IMG/VR virus record: IMGVR_UViG_3300021420_000044
Span: 1-54,422 of that record
Origin: a virus
Taxonomy: Duplodnaviria; Caudoviricetes
Direction: 5' to 3' (one strand)
DNA length: 54,422 nt
The position numbers and the translations under genes are program-made. A model generated the notes under the pieces. It was given only the letters and a program-made list of their open reading frames with translations, was not told where the DNA came from and did not search any database. Below are positions 35,224 to 43,643 of the stretch, one piece after another; the first letter of the stretch is position 1; each line of letters starts with the position of its first letter.

Positions 35224-35310
35224 GCGTTACCGTAACGAGTAAATTGTTACGAGTCAAGAGGGAAAATAAAGCGATAAACCCTGTGGAAATCGTGACTTAC
35301 GTGTGGAAAA
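35224..35310 (-). promoter_or_regulatory. Initiator promoter with GTAAC/GTTAC sites and two DnaA-box-like 9-mers
   Basis: TTGACT-N17-TACGGT-N5-ATG; TGTGGAAAT 35282-35290 and TGTGGAAAA 35302-35310. Confidence 0.6.
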
Positions 35311-35427
35311 CTATTTACTATCTTGGTCCTCAATCGCTCTGCGAATCTTCCCAAGCTCGTCCTGCACGTCGCGCACCAGCAGGAGAACCAAAACAGTAAA
35401 CACGCCAATGACTAGGCTCAGTATCAT
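35311..35427 (-). CDS. 38 aa membrane peptide
   Basis: Manual translation MILSLVIGVFTVLVLLLVRD... Confidence 0.45.
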   Translation of the reverse strand: MILSLVIGVFTVLVLLLVRDVQDELGKIRRAIEDQDSK

Positions 35428-35600
35428 TTTCGCGCGTCGTTGAATTCATCTGCCCTGGCAAGCTGCGCCTCACGCCAGTCGTCCATTGCAAGTTGGAATA
35501 CGGCACGCTGCTGGTCCTCGGGCAATTCGTAGAACGTGACGCCGAACTTCTGGCCGGCTATGGCTTCGGCCCTAACCATCATTTGCCAGCGGTCTGTCAT
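35424..35600 (-). CDS. Hypothetical protein (58 aa)
   Basis: Manual translation MTDRWQMMVRAEAIAGQKFGVTFYELPEDQQ...; RBS aggag. Confidence 0.55.
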   Translation of the reverse strand: MTDRWQMMVRAEAIAGQKFGVTFYELPEDQQRAVFQLAMDDWREAQLARADEFNDARK

Positions 35601-36067
35601 TTTGGCTCCTGCGGCGGTTTCGCGTCTACATGGTCAGGGGTAGAGCAACTGTAGCCCTGCCAATTCGAGTCCCATGTCCCTGGCTTGCCGTCGAAGCATT
35701 TCGTAGGCTTGTCGCCGCACATCTCTTTTTGATTGGCGTCCTGCGGTCCAGGATTAGGGCACCATTTGTAATCGCGATAGTCCGCTTTCGTTGCGATGTG
35801 GGGACGGTCGCAGCTTGGCCTCCCTAGCTCAGTCTCGTAGACATAGCCGTATTCAATGCCCATCCGCCGTCTGCCTGCAATCTCTATCTTGCCTTCATCG
35901 CATTGATAGATTTCAGATGTGTCAAACAGGTGCGGCACGTTTCCAGAGCCTCCGACAAAGGTGCAATGATGGAACGTGTGGTTAATCGGCTCGTTTGAGA
36001 ACGGAACTGCTGTCTGACTCGCCGCACTCCCAATCAGCAACATTACCGCTAATAGGCACTTCGTCAT
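35597..36067 (-). CDS. Secreted Cys-rich protein
   Basis: MTKCLLAVMLLIGSAAS|Q; RBS ggaggt. Confidence 0.65.
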   Translation of the reverse strand: MTKCLLAVMLLIGSAASQTAVPFSNEPINHTFHHCTFVGGSGNVPHLFDTSEIYQCDEGKIEIAGRRRMGIEYGYVYETELGRPSCDRPHIATKADYRDYKWCPNPGPQDANQKEMCGDKPTKCFDGKPGTWDSNWQGYSCSTPDHVDAKPPQEPK

Positions 36068-36068
36068 T

Positions 36069-36287
36069 TCACCTCCGTAGGACTTCTTCTTTCAGCAATC
36101 CGTAGTCATGTCGCAGTTTCTCCACCATTGCATCTAGGGATGCGAGTTGTTTGCGACATTCGGCAATCGCCGCCCCGAGTGTGTACGCCTGTTCGCCCGC
36201 TGAAATCACGCCAAGATAGAGCTTCGTCTGCTTCTCCTCGATGGTCATTCCCGGCTCAATCTCGTAGCTTAGGTACGTTGCTGGCAT
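36069..36287 (-). CDS. Hypothetical protein
   Basis: Operon context. Confidence 0.5.
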   Translation of the reverse strand: MPATYLSYEIEPGMTIEEKQTKLYLGVISAGEQAYTLGAAIAECRKQLASLDAMVEKLRHDYGLLKEEVLRR

Positions 36288-36528
36288 TGTTCGCGTTTAA
36301 TTCCGATTCCTTTGCGTTGAGGTTAACGATTTCATCCACAATCGCAGTCGTCGATAAACCAGACTGCTCAGCAACTGTGACCAATGTAAAAAAGCGCTCT
36401 GGCGTTCCTGCTTCTGATAACCGCATAACGCGCTCCGCAGCACGACGCAATCGGCTTCTAAGAGTTAACGCAGATAGAAGCCGATTGCGTAAGCGTCCCA
36501 ACTTAGCCAGTTCTCTGATTTCATCCAT
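36256..36528 (-). CDS. Hypothetical protein
   Basis: Operon context. Confidence 0.45.
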   Translation of the reverse strand: MDEIRELAKLGRLRNRLLSALTLRSRLRRAAERVMRLSEAGTPERFFTLVTVAEQSGLSTTAIVDEIVNLNAKESELNANNASNVPKLRD

Positions 36529-36928
36529 CTTGAGTGTCCTGTGGGGGAGCGGCTGCGCCCTCGGCCTGCGCTCGTACCCATAAACGATTCTCTCTATCGT
36601 TGAGAATTTTAGCCCGTCGCTGATTAGTCGGATTGGCCCGCAAAAATAGCTTCACGCTGTCTGCATCCCAGCGCCATTTTTGGGAGTCATTTCTTTCAGG
36701 CGATTTCTGGGCTAGGTGGTAAGCCTCTGCAAATTCGCAAGCTGGTGCTTTGCCGATGTCCGCCGAGCACATTGTTTGGTTGCTGAGCCTTGCGCGAATC
36801 TCCTCTATCGGCTGCGTCTTACCCTCGGCCATTTCCGTCAAGCCTTGAACGATTCCCTTTAGGTCGGCTAGTTCGGCACGGGCTTGGGAGAGAAGGGATG
36901 ATAGTTCAGAACAGTTTTTACAGTCCAT
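36521..36928 (-). CDS. Hypothetical protein
   Basis: RBS gaggt; CKNC followed by coiled coil. Confidence 0.5.
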   Translation of the reverse strand: MDCKNCSELSSLLSQARAELADLKGIVQGLTEMAEGKTQPIEEIRARLSNQTMCSADIGKAPACEFAEAYHLAQKSPERNDSQKWRWDADSVKLFLRANPTNQRRAKILNDRENRLWVRAQAEGAAAPPQDTQDG

Positions 36929-36975
36929 GTTTTACCTCTTTTTGAAAACAGCCCTTTTCGGCAGGGTCGCTCGTC

Positions 36976-37608
36976 TTACACTTTCATTGCTGGAGTCCGC
37001 TGCTCTAAAAGCCTCTCCGCGTAATCCGCTACTGTGTTTGCCAGTTCTGGGGGAATGGTGGCCCACATTGCTTTTAGTTCCTGCCGGCGCTTCGATTTGC
37101 TGGAGCCGGTTGTCAGGATGTACTTGCGGTCCCATGCGCCGAAGCCTTTAGTGATTCCCTCCGGCATCAGGGGCGGTACGCCTTTTCCCCATAGCGAGAA
37201 CGGCCCGCATTTATGGATTTCTGGGCCGACGAACTTCCAGGCTGAGCGAACGTTTTCCATCGCGTAGGGAATCCCAGCCCGTTCAAACAATCCCCGTGCA
37301 TGATTGAACAGTTCAATTCCTTCGAAGGGGTACGGCGGATCAGGATGAAAATGCGCCATCCCAAAAACCGCGAACTTCTCACAAGGCGAACTCGCCCATC
37401 CGTAATCGAAGTTGCCGAGACGGACGCCGGGCTGCACCCAGAACTGGCCATCGCGGTAATAAACATCTCGCACGTCTGCCTTCACAAACTTAATTCCCTC
37501 CGGAATCTCCGGCGGCCCTACTAGATCGACGGCTACAACTTCCCAGCCTCGCGCGGCAAAGACCTTCCCAATGCCCAACCTTCCGCAGAATAAATCCAGC
37601 ATTCTCAT
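36976..37608 (-). CDS. Short DNA (cytosine-5) methyltransferase-like protein
   Basis: MLDLFCG (motif I), ASSPCEKF (motif IV), ENV (motif VI). Confidence 0.8.
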   Translation of the reverse strand: MRMLDLFCGRLGIGKVFAARGWEVVAVDLVGPPEIPEGIKFVKADVRDVYYRDGQFWVQPGVRLGNFDYGWASSPCEKFAVFGMAHFHPDPPYPFEGIELFNHARGLFERAGIPYAMENVRSAWKFVGPEIHKCGPFSLWGKGVPPLMPEGITKGFGAWDRKYILTTGSSKSKRRQELKAMWATIPPELANTVADYAERLLEQRTPAMKV

Positions 37609-37609
37609 C

Positions 37610-37939
37610 CTATGGAGTCCAGTTCGGATCGCGCCATTGCGGATTGATGCGTTGCAAGCGCTTCCAATCGACGTAGCAGCGAGCTAATTCCTTTTTGGTC
37701 TGTGCGTCAGGGCCAGTGGTTAGTGTGGAACCGGGCAGACAATCATCGACACAAGTCGGAAGAAACTGAAATTGAGTGCCTGAGCCGCGCGAAAATCTGG
37801 GCATACCGCGTCGCGAGAGAGTCACGCACACACCGTTTACATTCTTGATGCACTTGCAGGCTTGAGTATCCTGTCCGTAACTCCGACCAACGCCGGCTAC
37901 CAACAGCAACACAATGCAAAGTCTTTTCATACGGCTCAC
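37610..37939 (-). CDS. Secreted Cys-rich protein
   Basis: MKRLCIVLLLVAGVGRSYG|Q. Confidence 0.6.
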   Translation of the reverse strand: MSRMKRLCIVLLLVAGVGRSYGQDTQACKCIKNVNGVCVTLSRRGMPRFSRGSGTQFQFLPTCVDDCLPGSTLTTGPDAQTKKELARCYVDWKRLQRINPQWRDPNWTP

Positions 37940-38379
37940 CCCTTCAGCCTCTCAATTTCAGCCCTCAATTGGTCGAGTTCCAACCGGTTGTACACGTCGA
38001 GGCCGCTTCGTTTATAACAACCTTTCCATCCATCCCAGGCTGCATCACATTCCGGCCAGATATACTCCCCATCGTCACTTCGACCAAAGTCTGTCGCATC
38101 CCAACCCCATTCAGCGACTGCCCACTTCTCAAAACATGAACGCATTTCTTTGGCGGTCCATAAGCCGATTCGAGATTGTTTGGCCAGTTTCTTCAATTGG
38201 TCGAGTTCCTGCTGAAGCGCAGCACGGGAGGCTTGCCACACTTTCCATGCCTGTTCAGTATCGTAAACGTATTGCCACGTGCCGTCTGTCATCGCGTAAC
38301 TGCTCAGACTTTTGCCTGTAGCCTTCGCCCAAGCTTCAAATTCTTTCCGGCTCTCCATTTCAGACATCGGCTTCCCCAA
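37936..38379 (-). CDS. Protein with two tandem R..FE.W...Y...AW..W modules
   Basis: Internal repeat visible in the protein; caattggtcgagttc occurs twice in the DNA. Confidence 0.65.
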   Translation of the reverse strand: MGKPMSEMESRKEFEAWAKATGKSLSSYAMTDGTWQYVYDTEQAWKVWQASRAALQQELDQLKKLAKQSRIGLWTAKEMRSCFEKWAVAEWGWDATDFGRSDDGEYIWPECDAAWDGWKGCYKRSGLDVYNRLELDQLRAEIERLKG

Positions 38380-38764
38380 TCTTTACCTCCATGCGTGGCG
38401 GCTCCCCATACTGCTTCGTGGCATGAAGTTCCGTTACCTGACTGTCATCCTCGAAGGCAATGCCTGTCAGCGCGTCGCACAAAAGCCTCAATAATTTGTC
38501 GGCATCAGGACGAGTAGTTTTCGCCTTACTTTTCACCGACTTAGGACGTGGAAAGTAAAACGACACTTCCACGCGCACTGGCACCTCACGCCCCATCATC
38601 GGCTCCTGCCCACGCGCTGCTAAGCACGTCCCTGCTACCTGCTGCCTCCACGGCTTCGTCTTGGCGTTGTCGTTGGTCACAATCGGGAACTTGCCACGCT
38701 TCGGCATAAACGCCTTCATGCTCCCTTGGGGCTGAGGTACGCCGAGCACCGTGAACTCAATCAC
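38360..38764 (-). CDS. rusA: RusA-family Holliday junction resolvase
   Basis: GVPQPQGS, FYFPRPKS, RPDADKL...DALTGIAFEDDSQV; start refined to GTG 38764. Confidence 0.9.
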   Translation of the reverse strand: MIEFTVLGVPQPQGSMKAFMPKRGKFPIVTNDNAKTKPWRQQVAGTCLAARGQEPMMGREVPVRVEVSFYFPRPKSVKSKAKTTRPDADKLLRLLCDALTGIAFEDDSQVTELHATKQYGEPPRMEVKIGEADV

Positions 38765-38999
38765 TCTTTCACTCCGTCTAGCAGAGCTTATGCCTTGTCC
38801 GCTATCCAGCAAGCCAGATCGGCCCAATACCACTCCCAAGCCCATCGCTGAGCATCGTACCTTCGGCCTGCGTCCCTGCCGCTCGAACCGCGAACGCTCG
38901 GTATCCACTCCACAAATAAAGCGCATATCGTCGCTGCTACACGCCCTTAAACTAGCCCTACAGCGCGTTCTGAGGCGTTTTGGGAGGCTTTTACGTCCT

Positions 39000-39590
39000 C
39001 TATCGTCTCCCCACTAGGAAATTCTCCGCGAACTCGCGGTACTCCCGCGCCCATTTCAGGCATTCCTCGTGCATCCCATCGTAGCGATACTGTGTAAGTG
39101 TATGATAACCAAACACTTCGCATAAATGGTCGCAGTATTTGCTCGTCGTTTCTCGCATCTGGAACACATGCCAGTCGAATCTGTCGGCCTCGGTCATGTC
39201 GAGGTAGAAACGCCACTGTAAGCCGTCTAGGTAGCGTTCTGGCTCGAACTGCTCGGTCGTCTTGAGGTCTGACACGATTTTGGCGTCTATCGCGTCCACT
39301 CGACCTTTCACCAGCAGGCCGTCGTACTCCTTGGACATAGACACCTCCCGCAAGGTCGGAAGCGCCAGCTCCGCATCGCACAAGAATTGGAACACGTAGC
39401 CCATCGCCCCCAGGGAGTAGTGCTCCGACTCCTGAGCCTCTTCGATGGCATTGTGAAACGCCTCTCCAGCCACCATTTTGGGCGTCTGCTCCCGAACAAG
39501 AATCTTTGTCAGCAACCAGCCAACATCGAGGCCCTCTTCCTGCTTCCATGTGCGATACAGGTTGACGTTGGTGACCGACGTTTCTATCAT
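39000..39590 (-). CDS. PD-(D/E)XK (Cas4/RecB-like) exonuclease
   Basis: GEAFH, GRVD...DLKT, QWRFY; paired with the Sak4-like gene. Confidence 0.7.
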   Translation of the reverse strand: MIETSVTNVNLYRTWKQEEGLDVGWLLTKILVREQTPKMVAGEAFHNAIEEAQESEHYSLGAMGYVFQFLCDAELALPTLREVSMSKEYDGLLVKGRVDAIDAKIVSDLKTTEQFEPERYLDGLQWRFYLDMTEADRFDWHVFQMRETTSKYCDHLCEVFGYHTLTQYRYDGMHEECLKWAREYREFAENFLVGRR

Positions 39591-40486
39591 GCGTTCACCT
39601 TCTCGGCCTTCGGCTCGTACACGCCGGCAGTCCGGTTGAACACGAGGCCCTTCTTAGTGGCGCGGGAATGCAGTAACATTTTCACGCTCATGCCAGCTTT
39701 GGTCGCTTCCGGCACGTAGTTGTTGAAGTCTGCCGCCGTCTTGCACTCCTCAATCGCAATCCGCCATTCGTCCAGCAAGTCGTGCTCGTCTTTCTGGACC
39801 GCGCTGAGATGGTTGATTTTCTCTTTGATTTGCGTAATCAGGCCAGCTAGGAAGCCGTCAGGCATCGGGTACGGAACCTCCAAGATGCCGAACTGAGCAG
39901 GATTCTTGCCGTAGGCGTTCTCTCGCGGCGAAAAGTCGAGCAAGTACCTCTTGCCCTCGATGTAGAGCTTAGCCATCGCATCCACAGACTTATAAATCTC
40001 CCCTTTCGATCCACCCTGAACGTCCAGACGCTCAATCACGTCATCCCCACGCCTCTGTTCGTCCATGTGGCACAGCAACACAACGTCTTTGCCGAATCCG
40101 TTCAGCATCTTCATCCATGCTGAGAACTTGGATTTTAGCTCTCCGTATCCCTGTAACGTGAGCGCCCCGCCACGCCCCAACTTAGGATTAGACGCGATGA
40201 TGGCAGTGGTCAGCTTATCGAGCGCACGCCCTGCCGTGTCCACAATTACCGTCGCGTATGGCTCCACATCGGCCTTTTGGATGGACTCCATATCCGACCA
40301 CGAACGCACGAGAACTGTATCCTTCCGATTCTTCGCCCGATACGAACCTTCGTCGGCGTCTAGGAGTAGCGGCCTCTCTGCCGTGTACCCCATCGTTGTC
40401 TTACCCAGGCCGGGAGCGGAGTACAAACATACATTTACCCTGTCCACCGTGACCGGCTCACTCGCTTTGGTGATTCGTAGGCTCAT
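39587..40486 (-). CDS. Sak4-like / AAA_24 P-loop recombination protein
   Basis: YSAPGLGKTT, LLLDADEG, VIVDT, LQGYG, LLCH, AYGKN. Confidence 0.8.
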   Translation of the reverse strand: MSLRITKASEPVTVDRVNVCLYSAPGLGKTTMGYTAERPLLLDADEGSYRAKNRKDTVLVRSWSDMESIQKADVEPYATVIVDTAGRALDKLTTAIIASNPKLGRGGALTLQGYGELKSKFSAWMKMLNGFGKDVVLLCHMDEQRRGDDVIERLDVQGGSKGEIYKSVDAMAKLYIEGKRYLLDFSPRENAYGKNPAQFGILEVPYPMPDGFLAGLITQIKEKINHLSAVQKDEHDLLDEWRIAIEECKTAADFNNYVPEATKAGMSVKMLLHSRATKKGLVFNRTAGVYEPKAEKVNA

Positions 40487-40632
40487 TTGTGATTCCTCCC
40501 CGTGACCGCTCTTTCCATTATCTCAATCAGGAATTGCGACACGCTCTTGCCGCCAACAGCAGCAGCAGCCTTGACTTTCCGCCACAACTCGACTGGTATA
40601 TTGCGGACGTTGATTATCTGTTTAGCTTCCAT
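40483..40632 (-). CDS. Ribbon-helix-helix transcription regulator (49 aa)
   Basis: Manual translation MEAKQIINVRNIPVELWRKVKAAAAVGGKSVSQFLIEIMERAV...; ATGA coupling. Confidence 0.75.
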   Translation of the reverse strand: MEAKQIINVRNIPVELWRKVKAAAAVGGKSVSQFLIEIMERAVTGRNHK

Positions 40633-40669
40633 GTGGGAGACAATACGACATGCTAATCATGCTTGTCAA
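40633..40669 (-). promoter_or_regulatory. Sigma70-type leaderless promoter of the recombination/replication operon
   Basis: TTGACA-N18-TATTGT-N7-ATG; AGCATG direct repeat in the spacer. Confidence 0.65.
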
Positions 40670-40690
40670 GATAATAATGATTGCATAATG

Positions 40691-40716
40691 AAAAGCCGCC
40701 CTGGGAAAAGGCGGCT
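40691..40716 (-). terminator. Intrinsic terminator ending the late/lysis transcript
   Basis: AGCCGCC-N9-GGCGGCT followed by TTT. Confidence 0.75.
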
Positions 40717-40782
40717 CTGAGGTGAAGCGGTATAGGGGTGACTCGAATCTATCAGGCGTTCAGATTCATTGTCGGTACGCTG

Positions 40783-41532
40783 TCAGACTTTCATAGCTGC
40801 TAGGTCAGCTTGCAGTGTGGCTAGGTCCAGCCCGCCAGGAGTGCGCTGCGTAGCTTGATTGATAAATTGCGGGGTGATAATCACGTATTCCTCATCTATA
40901 CAGTTCGCTTCCCAATCGTTCGATGCTTTCTGGTCCCACTTCGCCCAACTCTCGTAATCGCTCCCCGCTGCCCCGTAGCCGCATCGTAATATTGCATGAC
41001 CACCCTCTATCGGGCTATCAGGAATGTATTCCCACGGCTGTCCTGCCGCGAATTGTTCTTGAGCACTTGCCGGTAACTGAACGCCGACCAGCGTCATGCC
41101 GAACAAATCCACACCGAGCTTGCGATGAACGAGATTCGTGTGGTCTATCTGCGCCCATGCAAGAATCTTGTGACCGCCAATTCCTACATCCTTCCAATAT
41201 GCGAGAGCATCAGTCATCGCCGTGCCGTCGTCGTTAGCTCCCGTCAGCGGATCAAAGCCTGTCACGGCACTGTAGCCTGCTAGTACTTCTTGCAAGGTTG
41301 GGACAACTATCGGTCCAGTGTGAACGCTGGTCAGAATAAGCGCGTTCGCACACATTGCCCAAACGCAGTCCGAGTAATCAGAATTTCCATACATCTGCTT
41401 GGCAGACGCGGGAACGGCATATTCTCTCCAGACTTTGTGTGCTGGCTCCGGCAGTTCTCCTGTCAGGTATCGTGCGAAGTCCAGCGTTGCTGGATGCGGG
41501 CGTGGGTCTAATTTACCGAGCTTCAGTGGCAT
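40783..41532 (-). CDS. Papain-like (C1-type) cysteine peptidase-like protein
   Basis: GNSDYSDCVWA (Cys), GGHAILRCGY (His), SW. Confidence 0.6.
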   Translation of the reverse strand: MPLKLGKLDPRPHPATLDFARYLTGELPEPAHKVWREYAVPASAKQMYGNSDYSDCVWAMCANALILTSVHTGPIVVPTLQEVLAGYSAVTGFDPLTGANDDGTAMTDALAYWKDVGIGGHKILAWAQIDHTNLVHRKLGVDLFGMTLVGVQLPASAQEQFAAGQPWEYIPDSPIEGGHAILRCGYGAAGSDYESWAKWDQKASNDWEANCIDEEYVIITPQFINQATQRTPGGLDLATLQADLAAMKV

Positions 41533-41695
41533 TGTTTGCTCTCTCGTACTTTATGTACGTGAACCAACTTATTGGCCAGACTTCATACAGGCCGAAGCGG
41601 AAAATAACGTTGAGCCAGAGCCACATTGGCACCCATTTACGCTTGCTGCCAACCTTCACCAAATCCTCGAAGTCAAAGAATTCAGTGTGCTTCAT
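41513..41695 (-). CDS. Small aromatic-rich hypothetical protein
   Basis: Coupled on both sides. Confidence 0.45.
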   Translation of the reverse strand: MKHTEFFDFEDLVKVGSKRKWVPMWLWLNVIFRFGLYEVWPISWFTYIKYERANNATEAR

Positions 41696-42306
41696 CGAAT
41701 TGCCAACTGTGGATAGCCGTTCTGTTCAAGGAGCGCATTGAATCGCTTCTTAAACTGCGCCGGCGTGAGTTTCAAAGTCGGAACTGTAAGCCGTTTCGGA
41801 TTCTCAGCAGCGGCTTTCAATGCTGGCGTAGGAGCAGGAGCCGGTAGCTGCGTAGCGAAGCCCTGTAGAGTTGAGATGATGATTCCTAGCAAGCCCTGGA
41901 CCAGCGCAGCCAGCTTGCCATCTGGAATTTGCAAGTCGCTCCAGAATGTCTGAATGTTGGCTTCGAGCGATGCCAGTGCGGCAGAAATTTTGCCTAGCAG
42001 CGTTGTCTTGTCCCCAGGATTGTTGTTGTAGTTCGTCACTGCTACTTGCAAGTCAGCGAATCCTGCTTTCACCAGCGCAATGATGGCATCGAGCGCAGGG
42101 GCGCTTCCTAGCGGCAATACTCCAGCGCCAGTAAGCAAGTCCACCACGGCCTGAAATGCTTGCAGACCCACGCCAACGTACTTCAGAATCGCGGCGAACA
42201 CTGTGCCGAACGTACACGCTGTTTCCAGCACTGTGCTGCCAAGAGTTGAAGCTAGGGCTACGGCTCCCAAAGATAACTGCGCAAAACTGCGACGTGATGT
42301 GTTCAT
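41692..42306 (-). CDS. Putative Tat-exported lipoprotein in the lysis module
   Basis: MNTSRRSF twin-Arg, hydrophobic stretch, ETAC lipobox-like Cys; RBS gggag. Confidence 0.6.
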   Translation of the reverse strand: MNTSRRSFAQLSLGAVALASTLGSTVLETACTFGTVFAAILKYVGVGLQAFQAVVDLLTGAGVLPLGSAPALDAIIALVKAGFADLQVAVTNYNNNPGDKTTLLGKISAALASLEANIQTFWSDLQIPDGKLAALVQGLLGIIISTLQGFATQLPAPAPTPALKAAAENPKRLTVPTLKLTPAQFKKRFNALLEQNGYPQLAIR

Positions 42307-42800
42307 AAGTTCTCCCTGTCCAGAGCTGCCCATACTGCGGGGTATCCACCAGTCATAAACAGATGCCGTACTTCATCGGTCGGTTCGCTTTCGGGCCAGT
42401 GACCGTTCATTTGGAAGTGGGGTGCGTCTACAAATGTACGCCAAAACGCACCAGATACCAGCCCTAAATCTCGTCCTTTAGTTTCCATCAACCGCCACAC
42501 TGGATGCGATGCGTTCCAATCAGGAGAGTATGGTTGTCCAGGTCCGAACTGAGATGGAGCACAGTCAACGGCTAGGCCGAAGCAATGGAAACTGTATCCG
42601 CCTTGTACATTTGTGATTATGCTTCCGCGTGTAGTGCGGCCCTGAGCGTAGAGAACGTCTTGCTGTATCCAAGTCCGCAATCCTTGGACAACGCGAATCA
42701 AGATGCCCTGCGACTCCAGTGTTGAAGCCAGCACGACAATCTTGTCCGCGAGTCCAGGATAAACCGATTGCAATTTCGTGATTGAAACCGGGTCAAGCAT
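42303..42800 (-). CDS. Endolysin, M15 family (L-Ala-D-Glu peptidase type)
   Basis: QGLRT...Q..LYAQGRT, SFHCFGLAVD, DAPHFQ. Confidence 0.9.
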   Translation of the reverse strand: MLDPVSITKLQSVYPGLADKIVVLASTLESQGILIRVVQGLRTWIQQDVLYAQGRTTRGSIITNVQGGYSFHCFGLAVDCAPSQFGPGQPYSPDWNASHPVWRLMETKGRDLGLVSGAFWRTFVDAPHFQMNGHWPESEPTDEVRHLFMTGGYPAVWAALDRENL

Positions 42801-42807
42801 GTTCAGT

Positions 42808-43431
42808 CTACGGCTCTGTCAGTGCAAGTACGAACTTACTTGCCACTCCCGGAGGAGCTGGCGTTACGTCCAAGCCCTGACTGACTTCCGTCTCTGGTGC
42901 CGTCTGCCCATCCAAGCCGCTGGCAATCGTCGCTGCAACGGTCAGGCCCGTAGGCAGCGGACTCGGAGGCGGCGTAGGCAGAGTTACCGTAATCAGGCAA
43001 GTCTTGCCGTCAGCCGATGGCGCTAGCGTCAGTACGGATGGCCCAGGAGTCGCGTCACTCGCGGCCCAGGTCGCCGTCGCTGCGGTTGATGGTACGTTAG
43101 TGGTTACGTTACCCGAGGCGTCTTCAAAAACAATCGCTGCGGTCGCTGTGCCGTTGGGTAAAATCGTGATGTCGAGAGCGTTTACTGCCCGTGCTTTGCC
43201 TGCCATTGGTAATACTCCTTTTGTAAGTTGAATGCTAAATCGGGCCGCTGGAGGTGGAGCTAAAGCGAGTTGGAGTTGCGCTACTGCCGCTTGCAATTCG
43301 AGAATGTCTTCGTGCAAGTCTACAAGTCGGTCTGCATTCGCACGTTCTTCTTCGAGAATCGTGCGCAGCGCTTTCATTATGTTTTCAGTGTTGTCGAATA
43401 TCCGTTCTTCCTCGGCGGATAACCAGCTCAT
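42808..43431 (-). CDS. Coiled-coil plus Ig-like protein with in-frame internal start at 43206
   Basis: Helical N-terminal 75 aa; AAAGGAG upstream of internal MAGKARA; T/P/A-rich beta domain. Confidence 0.6.
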   Translation of the reverse strand: MSWLSAEEERIFDNTENIMKALRTILEEERANADRLVDLHEDILELQAAVAQLQLALAPPPAARFSIQLTKGVLPMAGKARAVNALDITILPNGTATAAIVFEDASGNVTTNVPSTAATATWAASDATPGPSVLTLAPSADGKTCLITVTLPTPPPSPLPTGLTVAATIASGLDGQTAPETEVSQGLDVTPAPPGVASKFVLALTEP

Positions 43432-43643
43432 AGCTTCACCTTTTGCGGAGTCTCGATTCTTTCAGCACTTCACACCTCAGTCTGTGCGATTTTGCTCAGC
43501 GCGTTTTCGCTGCAACTCGACAATGCGTTCCATGACTTTCTCGGTCAAAGATGTATCCAATCCCACTTTGAGACACGAGTAGAGATATTCCAACTCGGCC
43601 TCGATTTCTTCGTCCCTGTCCACAAATCATCACTTTTCATTGT

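Noticed and set aside
38765-38926. N-terminal extension of RusA as given in the ORF track
   Set aside because: RusA-like sequence begins at GTG 38764, which has a purine-rich RBS; the upstream part looks non-coding.
39000-39590. Cas4 as part of a CRISPR system
   Set aside because: No other cas genes or array; pairing with a Sak4-like ATPase indicates a recombination exonuclease.
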